64,000 nt of DNA from an uncultured Bacteroidales bacterium (GCA_963764475.1 CAVXTE010000001.1:31982-95981), one strand, 5' to 3'; positions 46,921 through 56,935 are shown, counted from the stretch's first letter. A program made the numbers and translations. Notes: generated from the letters alone by a model not told the origin.

Positions 46921-48774
46921 ATGAATGTCAAACGACAAAAGGTTGTAGAATTAGAGAATGTAGTAGTGCGTTTTGCCGGGGATTCGGGAGACGGGATGCA
47001 GCTTACGGGAGCACTTTTTTCAGACGCAGCAGCAATTGCCGGTAATGATTTTGCCACCTTTCCTGATTATCCGGCGGAAATCAGGGCTCCACAAGGAACA
47101 GTATCGGGTGTTTCAGGATTCCAGATTCATTTTGGCCATAAAAATATTTATACATCTGGCGATCAGGCCGATGTGTTAATTGCCATGAATCCGGCACCGT
47201 TAAAAAAGAACCTTATATGGGTTAAAAAAGGAGGAACAATCATCGTTGATACCGATACCTTTTCCGATAAAGCCCTTGAAAAAGCAGGATATGAAACCAA
47301 TCCGCTGGAAGATGATTCATTGAAAGCATATAATGTGATCAAGGCTCCTATCAGCGAATTGACGAGAAAAAGCGTTGAAGATCTTGGCCTAGATAACAAA
47401 ATGGTGTTGAAAAGCCGCAATATGTTTGCGCTGGGTATTATGTTCTTTATTTTCAATCGCGAATTGGCATCAGCCGACGAATATTTCGAACAGAAATTCA
47501 AGGCCAATCCGTTGGTGGTTCAGTCAAATAAGATCATCTTAAGAGCCGGCTACAGCTTTGCCGACACCATGGAAGCGCTAAGCTCCATCACGTATAAAGT
47601 TAAACCAGCCCCGCTTGAAAAGGGGTTTTACAGGAATATTACAGGAAATATTGCAACAGCCTGGGGTCTTCTGGCAGCATCCGAAAAATCGGGAAGAAAA
47701 CTGTTTCTTGGTTCATATCCGATTACGCCGGCAACAGAAATACTGCAGGAACTTTCAAAACATAAATCACTTGGTGCTAAGGTTCTCCAGGCGGAAGACG
47801 AAATTGCAGGGGTTGTATCTTCGATAGGTGCAAGTTTTGCCGGTGCATTTGCCGTAACATCGACTTCAGGTCCCGGGTTATCACTTAAGACTGAAGCGAT
47901 CGGATTAGCGGTCATGACAGAATTACCCATTGTGATCGTGGATGTTCAGCGGGCAGGTCCTTCGACCGGTATGCCGACCAAGACCGAGCAATCCGATCTT
48001 TTACAGGCACTCTTTGGACGAAACGGTGAAGCTCCAGTTGTTGTCGTGGCGGCTTCTTCTTCATCCAATTGTTTCTACTACGCCTATGAGGCAGCAAAAA
48101 TAGCCATGGAGCACATGGTTCCTGTTATACTGCTTACCGATGGTTATCTGGCCAATGGTTCGGAAGTATTTAAAATACCGACAATGGCAGATATGCCGGA
48201 AATAAACCCACCCATTGTTTTTGCCGACGATCCGGATTATTTTCCATATAAACGCGATCCGGAAAAGCTTAGCATAAGATGGGCAATACCGGGAACACAT
48301 GGATTACGCCACAGGATAGGAGGATTGGAAAAGGAAGATATCAAAGGCAATGTATCTCATGATCCCGAGAATCATCAGCTCATGTGCGAATACAGGGCTG
48401 AGAAAGTTGCCAGGGTAGCAAATTATATCAAACCACAGGAAGTCTATGGCCCTTCTTCAGGAGATTTATTAGTTGTAAGCTGGGGCGGAACACATGGTAA
48501 CATGATCGAGGCAGTACAGGAAATGCATCAGCAGGGGAAAAAAGTAAGCCTTGCCCATTTTCATAATATACAGCCATTGCCAAAAAACACTGCTGAAATT
48601 TTCAGCCGGTTTAAAAAAATCATCGTTCCTGAATTAAATCTCGGTCAATTCGTTCTCTATTTGCGAATGAATTTTCAGCAATTTAAATTCGAACAATACA
48701 ATAAAATCCAGGGACTACCATTTATGGTAAATGAATTGATAGAAAAATTTAATCAAATATTAGAGGAAAAATAA
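46921..48774 (+). CDS. korA: 2-oxoglutarate/2-oxoacid:ferredoxin oxidoreductase subunit alpha
   Basis: 617 aa. The N-terminal gamma-like domain (FAGDSGDGMQ) is fused to the alpha domain (GSYPITPATEIL). Confidence 0.88.
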   Translation: MNVKRQKVVELENVVVRFAGDSGDGMQLTGALFSDAAAIAGNDFATFPDYPAEIRAPQGTVSGVSGFQIHFGHKNIYTSGDQADVLIAMNPAPLKKNLIWVKKGGTIIVDTDTFSDKALEKAGYETNPLEDDSLKAYNVIKAPISELTRKSVEDLGLDNKMVLKSRNMFALGIMFFIFNRELASADEYFEQKFKANPLVVQSNKIILRAGYSFADTMEALSSITYKVKPAPLEKGFYRNITGNIATAWGLLAASEKSGRKLFLGSYPITPATEILQELSKHKSLGAKVLQAEDEIAGVVSSIGASFAGAFAVTSTSGPGLSLKTEAIGLAVMTELPIVIVDVQRAGPSTGMPTKTEQSDLLQALFGRNGEAPVVVVAASSSSNCFYYAYEAAKIAMEHMVPVILLTDGYLANGSEVFKIPTMADMPEINPPIVFADDPDYFPYKRDPEKLSIRWAIPGTHGLRHRIGGLEKEDIKGNVSHDPENHQLMCEYRAEKVARVANYIKPQEVYGPSSGDLLVVSWGGTHGNMIEAVQEMHQQGKKVSLAHFHNIQPLPKNTAEIFSRFKKIIVPELNLGQFVLYLRMNFQQFKFEQYNKIQGLPFMVNELIEKFNQILEEK

Positions 48775-48777
48775 AAA

Positions 48778-49809
48778 ATGGCTGAAGCAAATGAAATTAC
48801 AAATATTCCTGTCCTCACCAAAGAAGATTTTGTAAGTGGCCAAATGGTAAAATGGTGTCCGGGATGCGGAGACCATGCCATACTTTCTTCATTTCTGAAA
48901 GTTTTACCAGAACTCGGAATAAAACAAGAGGACATAGTTGTTGTTTCAGGAATCGGGTGTTCATCCCGTTTTCCTTACTATGTGAAAACCTATGGATTCC
49001 ATGGTATTCATGGAAGAGCTGCACCGCTTGCAACCGGAATTAAAATTACAAATCCCAACTTAAATGTTTGGATGATTACCGGTGATGGGGATTCGCTGGC
49101 AATCGGCGGCAACCATTTCATTCACGTCCTGAGAAGAAACATTGACATTAATATCATGTTGTTCAACAACAAGATTTATGGATTGACGAAAGGGCAATAT
49201 TCTCCTACTACACCCAGAGGTAAGAAAACTAAAACGTCTCCTCATGGCACAATAGAACACCCGTTCAATGTTGGGGAACTCGCCATCGGAGCACAGGGAA
49301 CCTTTTTTGCCCGTACAGTTGACAACAATCCGAAGATGATGATGGAGGTGATGCTTGAGGCAGGAAAACATAAAGGGACTTCTCTGATCGAAATCCTGCA
49401 GAACTGCGTTATCTTTTTCAACAATGTACATGCGGAAATTGCTTCGAGGGAAACCAAAGACGAAAACCAAATCCACCTTAAGCACGGCGAACCCATGATC
49501 TTCGGCAAGGATAACGACAAGGGCATTGTGTTGAAGGGAACCCGTCTTGAAGTCGTAAAACTCGGGGAAGATGGGATAACTGAAAAGGACCTTTTGGTTC
49601 ATGATAAATACGAACCGGATACGGGTATCCATGTTATGCTTTCAAAAATGGCACCACCGGTATATCCTGTTGCTGTCGGAGTAATCAGATCAGTTAATAA
49701 TTTAACCTATGAATCACAAATGGATCAGATCATCAAATCGGAAAAAGAAACCAACCCGATAAAATGCGTCGACGATTTACTGATGAGTGGAAAAACCTGG
49801 GAAATCTGA
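48778..49809 (+). CDS. korB: 2-oxoglutarate/2-oxoacid:ferredoxin oxidoreductase subunit beta
   Basis: 343 aa. WCPGCGDH and the TPP-binding motif GDGDSLAIGGNH. Confidence 0.9.
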   Translation: MAEANEITNIPVLTKEDFVSGQMVKWCPGCGDHAILSSFLKVLPELGIKQEDIVVVSGIGCSSRFPYYVKTYGFHGIHGRAAPLATGIKITNPNLNVWMITGDGDSLAIGGNHFIHVLRRNIDINIMLFNNKIYGLTKGQYSPTTPRGKKTKTSPHGTIEHPFNVGELAIGAQGTFFARTVDNNPKMMMEVMLEAGKHKGTSLIEILQNCVIFFNNVHAEIASRETKDENQIHLKHGEPMIFGKDNDKGIVLKGTRLEVVKLGEDGITEKDLLVHDKYEPDTGIHVMLSKMAPPVYPVAVGVIRSVNNLTYESQMDQIIKSEKETNPIKCVDDLLMSGKTWEI

Positions 49810-49835
49810 TCCCCGGCAAATTAAATTTATACAGT

Positions 49836-49867
49836 AAAGCCCGGATAACCTCCGGGCTTTGCATTTT
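49836..49867 (+). terminator. intrinsic terminator after korB
   Basis: 10-bp stem AAAGCCCGGA / TCCGGGCTTT with loop TAACC, followed by GCATTTT. Confidence 0.6.
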
Positions 49868-49914
49868 AATAAATTTGGACAAATTAAAAATTAATTTCTA
49901 CCGTACAAACGACA

Positions 49915-50187
49915 TTATCTCAGGTATATATTGTATTCGGGATGTCGTAAAATAAAGGTCCTAACTGCCGAACACAAAGCAATTATCTTCAAATTTTTCG
50001 ATACGGCAAAATCCAGACCCTGCTTGATTATATCCATGGCTAGCCCCCTTCCGCGAACCGGTTCAGGAACATAGGTGTGAAAAAAAACGATGGTATTCTC
50101 ATCCTGAATTTCATACTCAAGAAGACATTCGGAATTATCGACTATCCTGTAAAATTTATTGGGTGCGTGTTTAATCTCTGATGTCAT
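49915..50187 (-). CDS. small GNAT-like N-acetyltransferase (YjdJ/PF14542-like)
   Basis: About 90 aa from MTSEIKH. The HTYVPEPVRGRGLA ... ALCSAVRTFILRHPEY pattern fits this family. Confidence 0.65.
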   Translation of the reverse strand: MTSEIKHAPNKFYRIVDNSECLLEYEIQDENTIVFFHTYVPEPVRGRGLAMDIIKQGLDFAVSKNLKIIALCSAVRTFILRHPEYNIYLR

Positions 50188-50334
50188 GAAACAGATTCTT
50201 TCTGGCTTTAACTTACTTTCCATAAATAAGTTACAATTTAAAGGCATTAAAATCCTACAAAAAAGAGGAAAATGGTTCAGTCGGAAATTTTGTAAGTCAA
50301 TTCCCGTGATATTAAATTCAGGATTAAAACCCGG

Positions 50335-50964
50335 TCAGGGAATGGTGAAGTTAAAATCTGACTTTAGCTCACCTTTGGTATATTCCTCAACAGATAGTTT
50401 TTGCATGTATACATCATTAATGGGCTTGTCATTTGAATCGACGGCAACCTGGGAAATGGCAAACACGGCATCCATTCCCTGGAATACAATTCCGAAAACA
50501 GTGTATTTCCCGTCAAGCAAGGGTTCACCGTCAGGATCGCAGACAATATAAAACTGTGATCCGTTCGATCGACGGTCGGGATTGGTTTAATCGGGTAGTC
50601 TGGCAGCACCCACCGATCCATAAACATGATGTATCGTATCGATGATCTCGGCAGGAATGGTATAACCGGGTCCACCATTTCCTGTTCCTTCGGGATCGCC
50701 ACCCTGGATAACAAAATCACTGACCACCCTGTGGAATATCAGACTGTCGTAAAAACCGGTCGTTACCAAATGAAGAAAATTATCCCGGTGCTGTGGTGTA
50801 ATATCATATAGCCAAATACGGAAATCTCCGAAGGCTGTCTGAATCTTTACGATTTCATATTTTTGAGATGGTTCGGGTTGTTGTTCTTCATCTTTTTTCT
50901 TGCACGATGCGATCACCAATAAAAAAAGAGTAAAAAATAAAATAAAATTTCTGAATGATTTCAT
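50335..50964 (-). pseudogene. lipoprotein cyclophilin-type peptidyl-prolyl isomerase interrupted by an in-frame TAA
   Basis: Lipobox LVIASC. FHRVVSDFVIQGGDP. A stop lies at 50587-50589. The same frame continues [32 protein letters not shown]... to 50335. Confidence 0.85.
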
Positions 50965-50976
50965 GAGATGAAAATC

Positions 50977-52404
50977 TTAACCATTTTTCTTTAAAAAACC
51001 TGTCGTAAAGTTAAGCCAATTTTGCGGTTCATTCTTTATCATCTTAAACATAAGGGATGTAAAAAACCAGGGATATGCTCTGAACAACCTGAATATCGCG
51101 TGCGACTCAACCGGAAAGCGGGCATCGAGCCGGTTCCTGATCTGGTAAAGTTCAGTCGAACTCAGATGGTTTGTTTTTACATTCGATGCATAGTGATTGT
51201 ATTTTGAGTAATCATTCAAATTCGTTACAAGACCTTTTTCAATCAGTTCATCCCTTAGTTCCGTACGCAAATGAGGAGTAAGAATGTTGAAAAGCTGAAT
51301 ATCGACACCAATTTTTTTTGCATAATTGAAATTGCTCAGCATCGTCTCCCGTGTATCTTCAGGATAGCCAAAAATAAATCCGCCAACGACAAGCATTCCG
51401 TACTTTTTAAGTTCTTTAACTACCTCAATTGTATCGGAACTTTTCAATTGGTTGCTTTTCTGCATGAATGCCAATGCATCATCAGAGGCATTTTCGATGC
51501 CGAGGAATACGAATTTTGTCCCCGCTTTAGCCATCGCTTCGGCCAATCCGGGGGTTTTCCGGATGCCCTGCACGCTGGCCTGAACCGCAAATGTCAAATT
51601 TAGCTTGGCTTTCGTGATCTCGTTACAAAGGTTCAGATACCTTTTGCCATCGAGGGTTATGTTGTCGTCGGCGATGAAAACAGCTTTGGCTCCATGGCGC
51701 TTTGCATCTTCAAGGTCAGCAAGGATGCGTTCGATCGAAAACTTCCTGAACGATTTGCCATACATATAACGGATGCTGCAGAAATTGCAATCAAAAACAC
51801 AACCGCGCGAAGTTTCAATCACATCGGACGGCATGCCCATCATGTGAAATCCTTTTTTATAAATGCGGGCATTCCTGAGAGGGATGTTGATCTTATCGGC
51901 AGGCAACAGGTCGGGCCTCGGATTGTGTACGATGCTTCCATTTTTTCTGAAGGTTATTCCCGGAACATCGCTGTAATCATGCCCTTTGCTCAGCTTCTTT
52001 ATCAGTTCACTGAACGGCACCTCGCCTTCCCCATCGATCAGGATATCGAAATATTCATGGTCCGGGCTTAGTAGTATGTTTTCATGATCGGCTGTTGCAT
52101 GATAACCACCTAAAAGCGTGACCGCATTTTTTAAATGTGCTTTTGTCAGCTTTGCCAGTTCGAGGGCAGTTTTATATTGAAAGCTCATGGCTGTAAAGCC
52201 TACAGCATCCGGTTCAAAGGATTTCAGAACGTTGAGCAAGGCCCCTTTCGGATCTTTATCTTTTACCACCAGGTCGGCAATTTTAATTTCTGCTGAACCT
52301 TCATCAATGTTAGCTGCCAGTGAAGCCAGGTTGAGGCTTGGTATTTTGGTGAGGCGGTTGAAGCCCATCACCGTTCGCGGGTTACCGACAAGGAGTACCT
52401 TCAC
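50977..52404 (-). CDS. B12-binding domain radical SAM protein
   Basis: 475 aa. N-terminal cobalamin-binding-like Rossmann domain, then SRGCVFDCNFCS (CX3CX2C). Confidence 0.75.
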   Translation of the reverse strand: MKVLLVGNPRTVMGFNRLTKIPSLNLASLAANIDEGSAEIKIADLVVKDKDPKGALLNVLKSFEPDAVGFTAMSFQYKTALELAKLTKAHLKNAVTLLGGYHATADHENILLSPDHEYFDILIDGEGEVPFSELIKKLSKGHDYSDVPGITFRKNGSIVHNPRPDLLPADKINIPLRNARIYKKGFHMMGMPSDVIETSRGCVFDCNFCSIRYMYGKSFRKFSIERILADLEDAKRHGAKAVFIADDNITLDGKRYLNLCNEITKAKLNLTFAVQASVQGIRKTPGLAEAMAKAGTKFVFLGIENASDDALAFMQKSNQLKSSDTIEVVKELKKYGMLVVGGFIFGYPEDTRETMLSNFNYAKKIGVDIQLFNILTPHLRTELRDELIEKGLVTNLNDYSKYNHYASNVKTNHLSSTELYQIRNRLDARFPVESHAIFRLFRAYPWFFTSLMFKMIKNEPQNWLNFTTGFLKKNG

Positions 52405-52768
52405 TGTAATTAATTTTCTGCGAAAATAGTAAAATCAAAGTAAAAGAATTTAAGCAATATGCTGATTTGATAAAGCATAGATCCTTTAGTACGTGGTATG
52501 GGTGTTAATTTGAAAATAAAAAGTCACGAATTCACAAATAAGTAAACTTGTTAAATTGTTAACTTTTTCTCCTATTTAATCATTTACTCATTTATTTATT
52601 TAAGCATTGCTATGGTGTTTGTGGTCTTTTATTTTTTTCTTTGCGCTTTCTGAATGCAATTTTTTTCCGATTAAAATTGTCTGATTTCAGCCATTTACTT
52701 CCGGATTATTTGTATTACCTTAGTGTCCTTAATGTATTTTGTTTGGGAGCTAATATACTTTTGGAATT

Positions 52769-54025
52769 ATGAAACCTTTTAAGCTTTTCCTGGTCGCGGC
52801 ATTAATTTTAAGTTTTAAAGGCAGCCTTTTAGCCTGGACTTCTTCAAATGAAGGCATATGTTATACAATGGATACATTGACAGTGCTTAGTCCCGGTATA
52901 ACCTATAACGGATCAACTGGAATGTACGAAATAACTACAGATATAATTATTTTAGAAAACGATACCCTGAATATTTTACCTGGGGAAATTTTAAAATTTA
53001 TTAGTAACAATTATAATTTCCGGGGTATAAAGATCTATGGTTGTTTAATAGCCATTGGAAATCCACAAAATAAAATAATATTAGGGGATCCGATGTTTAA
53101 TTTATCAAGTGGTTATATATGGAATGGAATTAAATTTTATGATACCGCCAAGCAAAGTATCCTAAAGAATTGCATAATTCGAGGAGCAACTGACCAGGGT
53201 GGAAGTGGCGTAGCTTATTTAAGTTCACTATATTGTGAGAATTCATCTCCAATAATTGATCATTGTACAATATGTTATACACACTCCCCTGAAGATACAG
53301 GTGGAGGTATAGCTATCTCTTGTAAAGGGCAAAGTTATCCAATAATAAGCTATTGCCAATTTGAATATCTTATTAACAGTATTGTTATTTGGTGTAATCC
53401 ATGGACGACCATATCTGATACTATTAATTATCCATCTCCTCTAGTTTTAAATTGTAATATTATGCCAACGGTCACAGGATTTTTTTACTATCCTCCTTTA
53501 TGGGATGATATTGTGGTTTATAAAGGAGGATTTCTTGATAATTGTTACCTGGGAGTAAATACTTACCAGGCTGATACGACATTGGGATTTCCAATTGATA
53601 CAATGGGAGATGGGATTTGTAGTACTACATCTTCCTTCTGGCTGCAGAGATTTATGGAAGTCGATGGTGTTGTTCATCCGAGGGGTGATACATTGCTGAC
53701 TGGGATTAATGAAGAGGAAACCGAAATTTTACCTACAACTTCACAATTCCTGACGCTGAGCAATTACCCGAATCCTTTTTCAGGTTCCACCACGATTGAG
53801 TTTGAAATAATAGGTAAACCTGCTGCAATTTCACTATTGATCTTTAATTCAAAAGGCAACCGGGTTAAACAGATTATTAACAATGAAAACTTTCCACCCG
53901 GAACGCACAAAGTGAACTGGTACGGCAATAATGAAACAGGGGAAAAAGTGGGTTCAGGGATCTATTTTTACAAGTTGATTTCAGACAATAAAATGTTAGT
54001 GAAGAAGGCGATAATGGTGAGGTGA
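52769..54025 (+). CDS. secreted protein with a T9SS type A C-terminal sorting domain
   Basis: 418 aa with a signal peptide. C-terminal LSNYPNPFSGSTTIEFEI...GIYFYKL...KKAIMVR is the typical Por secretion tail. Confidence 0.8.
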   Translation: MKPFKLFLVAALILSFKGSLLAWTSSNEGICYTMDTLTVLSPGITYNGSTGMYEITTDIIILENDTLNILPGEILKFISNNYNFRGIKIYGCLIAIGNPQNKIILGDPMFNLSSGYIWNGIKFYDTAKQSILKNCIIRGATDQGGSGVAYLSSLYCENSSPIIDHCTICYTHSPEDTGGGIAISCKGQSYPIISYCQFEYLINSIVIWCNPWTTISDTINYPSPLVLNCNIMPTVTGFFYYPPLWDDIVVYKGGFLDNCYLGVNTYQADTTLGFPIDTMGDGICSTTSSFWLQRFMEVDGVVHPRGDTLLTGINEEETEILPTTSQFLTLSNYPNPFSGSTTIEFEIIGKPAAISLLIFNSKGNRVKQIINNENFPPGTHKVNWYGNNETGEKVGSGIYFYKLISDNKMLVKKAIMVR

Positions 54026-54145
54026 TAGTAAAGAAATACATTGAAATAAGAGAGGGAATTAATTTTTCCGGTTTTCCTTTTATGAAAAATGAACGACAGA
54101 AAAACGTTTACGATAGATTTTCGTAATTTTGTAAAAAAGAAAGTA

Positions 54146-54349
54146 ATGCTGGAAATTATATTTATCGTTGAAGATTCTCCTGAAGGGGGTTTCGAAGCCA
54201 AAGCACTTGGATATTCTATATTTACCGAAGGAGACAGCATTGAAGAACTCAGGGAAAATATCAAAGAAGCTATTCACTGCCATTTTGAAGAAAACGCACC
54301 AAAAGTTGTTCGACTGCACTATATAAAAGAAGAAGTATTTGCGGCATGA
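54146..54349 (+). CDS. hicB: HicB-family antitoxin (UPF0150-like)
   Basis: About 67 aa. IVEDSPEGGFEAKALGYSIFTEGDSIEELRENIKEAI. It overlaps hicA by ATGA. The internal ATG at 54146 is preferred over 54089. Confidence 0.7.
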   Translation: MLEIIFIVEDSPEGGFEAKALGYSIFTEGDSIEELRENIKEAIHCHFEENAPKVVRLHYIKEEVFAA

Positions 54350-54588
54350 CCAAAACTCCACGAAATTTATCAGGGAAAGATCTCATTTCAAAACTTAAAA
54401 AATTCGGGTATAAACCTACCAGGCAAATGGGTAGTCATATAAGATTAACGACAGAAATAAACGGAATTCATCATATTACTATCCCTGATCACAATCCCAT
54501 AAAAATAGGCACGCTGTCAAACATTCTGAAAGATATAGCTTATCACCTGGAGATAAGCAAAGAAGAATTAATAAAACAATTATTCTGA
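54346..54588 (+). CDS. hicA: HicA-family mRNA interferase toxin
   Basis: 80 aa. LSGKDLISKLKKFGYKPTRQMGSHIRL, with the catalytic GSH context. Confidence 0.8.
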   Translation: MTKTPRNLSGKDLISKLKKFGYKPTRQMGSHIRLTTEINGIHHITIPDHNPIKIGTLSNILKDIAYHLEISKEELIKQLF

Positions 54589-54684
54589 AAGAAGCATTCT
54601 CCATTTAATATCCCTTCTCTGGTGAAAAGAAAAATTATTTTTTGCCACAAAGACTAAAAGACTCCAAGGTTCACAAAGGGATAA

Positions 54685-56175
54685 ATAGTCAAGCCTGAAA
54701 AACTTAAAGAAATCAGTGATATCAACAGGTTTACGTTAATAACTGGTCAAAAAAACGCAGTATAATTTGCAAGGATATTTGTAATTTTATAGAAAACCTT
54801 GCAAAAAGATGGTAGGAAAAACAGATAAGACACCTCAATTGAATGTTTTCAAAATCCCATTGAACGTATACATAAATCACAATCATGAATTATGTTTGCT
54901 TTCGAAAAAGATAGACTGGGACAAAGTAGAAGAAGAATTTAGGGAATATTACTGTGCTAATAATGGAAGGCCATCGATTCCGATTCGAAAAATAGTTGGA
55001 GTAATTTTACTTAAACGAGTTTATAACCAGAGTGATGAAAGCGTAGTGGAAAGGTGGCAGGAAAATCCGTATTGGCAATATTTCTGCGGCGAAACATACT
55101 TTCAACATGAAGCCCCTTTTGATCCGACGGAGTTGATAAAATTCAGGCAACGCATAGGAGAATCGGGAGCAGAGAAAATACTCAGTTTAACCATACATTT
55201 ATTTGAGAAAAGAGAGATCAAGGCAAAAGAAGTGTTAATTGATACAACTGTCCAGGAAAAAAATATCACCTTTCCGACCGATACCAAACTGCAAAAGAAA
55301 ATTATCGAGAAATGCAGAAAAATAGCCGAAGAAGAAGGTATCTTCCTTAGGCGGAGTTACAGAAGGATATTGAAGCAATTAATGATAGACCAACGCTTTA
55401 GGCAGCATCCCAAAAGACGGAAAAAGGCCAATGCGGCAGCCAGGAAAATAAAAACCATTGCAGGCAGGATGGTCAGGGATATTGAAAGAAAAATGAACGA
55501 TGAACAACGTCAACGGTTCCTTCAGGAATTGACAATTTTTAAGCTCATACTAAGTCAACAGAAAAACTCAAAGAACAAAATATACAGCATTCATGAGCCA
55601 CATACACAATGTATAGCAAAAGGGAAAGAATCAAAACCCTATGAATTTGGGAATAAGACCTCAATAGTAAAAACACGAAAATCAGGGATCATCATTGGAG
55701 CTTTAGCATTCAAAGAAAACATTTATGACGGGGATACTCTTGGAACCCCAGTTAGAACAAGTAAAAAGGTTAATAGATTACCAACCAGAGGTTGGCATTG
55801 TGGACAGAGGATATCGTGGTAAAAACACAGTGCGAAATACAAAAATAGTATCTCCCAAACAGTTACCCGCCTGGGCCAGTAGCTATCAAAAGCAAAAAAC
55901 AAGAAAACGGTTCAGGGACAGGGCCGGAATAGAACCGGTCATTGGTCATATAAAGCACGATCACAGGATGATATGCAATTATTTATCCGGAGAACTGGGC
56001 GATACAATGAATACTTTGCTGGCAGCAGCCGGATTTAATATGAGAAAGATGCTTAGAAGGTTAAAAGGTCAGGCAATTATTTTTATTTTCAATTTTTGTG
56101 TGCAAATATTCCTTCTAAATCTTCATCCAAAATATTCCGTTGATCGAAAAGAAGAACTTTTTCAGGCTTGACTAT
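54685..56175 (+). mobile_element. IS5/IS1182-type insertion sequence, 1491 bp
   Basis: Perfect 18-bp terminal inverted repeats: ATAGTCAAGCCTGAAAAA at 54685-54702 and its reverse complement at 56158-56175. Flanked by the direct duplication ATAA (54681-54684 and 56176-56179). Confidence 0.9.
54809..56171 (+). pseudogene. DDE transposase (DUF772 N-terminal plus IS4/IS5 DDE domain) split by a 1-nt frame change
   Basis: ORF1 ends ...IYDGDTL then goes out of frame. ORF2 reads EPQLEQVKRLIDYQPEVGIVDRGYRGK...RAGIEPVIGHIKHDHRM. The junction is at the GG dinucleotide 55742-55743. Confidence 0.85.
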
Positions 56176-56296
56176 ATAAGAATTTTCCGAGTCTAATGGT
56201 CCTTCTTTTAAAAAACTTCAATTATATTCTCTGACCATTTTAATTGCTATATTTATCCGAATTACGTTGTCGGCCTCTGAAAGACTAAATAAAATA

Positions 56297-56935
56297 TCAA
56301 AATTCATTTAGCTGAGATAGTGTTAACAAAGGATTCTTAAACAAAGCAATTTTATTTTTTATTTTTTTATCTTCCCATTCCCACCATTTTATCGACAACA
56401 ATCGTTCGATTATTTGTTTATCAAATCGATAACGTTGGAATTTAGCAGGAGTTCCATATACAATAGAATATGGTTCTACATCTTTTGTAATAAGCGAATT
56501 GGCACCAATAATAGCACCATCTCCTATCGTCACTCCGGCGAGGACAATTGCGTTTGCTCCAATCCAAACATCATTTCCGACACTAGTTTCTTTCTTTAAA
56601 TCATTTTGTATTTTATCATTTTCTTTAACAAATTTATATTTGGGATCATAGGCAAAAGAGTGTGTACTCATCCAATCGATTGGATGACTTCCCAATCCTA
56701 TTTTGACATTATAGGCAATTGAGCAAAATCGTCCAATCACAGTATTTTTTTCAATCAGGCTATATTTATTGATATACGAATACTTTCCGATTCTATCAGC
56801 TTGAATATGCGACCCGTATTCCACGGTAACACCCTTCTCAAAGTGCACATTTCGCGATAGACTTGCAGCCCTGATTGTGCATGTTGGGTTCTTTATTCTT
56901 AAATAATATCTCCAGATTGTTTGTATGAAAGTCAT
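56297..56935 (-). CDS. hexapeptide-repeat xenobiotic acyltransferase (CatB/Vat-like O-acetyltransferase)
   Basis: 212 aa. GNDVWIGANAIVLAGVTIGDGAIIGANSLITKDVEPYSIVYGTPAK...WWEW is the typical XAT-class pattern. Confidence 0.8.
   Translation of the reverse strand: MTFIQTIWRYYLRIKNPTCTIRAASLSRNVHFEKGVTVEYGSHIQADRIGKYSYINKYSLIEKNTVIGRFCSIAYNVKIGLGSHPIDWMSTHSFAYDPKYKFVKENDKIQNDLKKETSVGNDVWIGANAIVLAGVTIGDGAIIGANSLITKDVEPYSIVYGTPAKFQRYRFDKQIIERLLSIKWWEWEDKKIKNKIALFKNPLLTLSQLNEF

Noticed and set aside
49060-49632. 190-aa minus-strand ORF
   Set aside because: It is antisense to korB, which has the TPP-binding motif and full-length homology. Shadow ORF.
50587-50589. Stop-codon reassignment or programmed read-through as the explanation for the in-frame TAA in the cyclophilin
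   Set aside because: TAA is used as the genuine terminator at the expected ends of many conserved genes in this window, for example murE, mraY and the antitoxin/toxin pair. A reassigned TAA is therefore not credible. No read-through context is evident.
52500-54680. Short CACAAAG / CACGAATTCACAAA-like words in intergenic DNA (52516-52540, 52611-52635, 54636-54680), considered as possible REP-like repeats
   Set aside because: These are only loose word-level similarities. I could not define a repeat unit with consistent boundaries or an inverted-repeat structure by eye, so a genome-wide repeat search would be needed.
55735-55750. Programmed ribosomal frameshift in the IS transposase
   Set aside because: The frames require a +1 shift, not the -1 typical of IS elements. 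The junction (CTT GGA ACC) lacks an A-AAA-AAG type slippery heptamer and has no obvious downstream structure. A mutation or consensus error is more likely.
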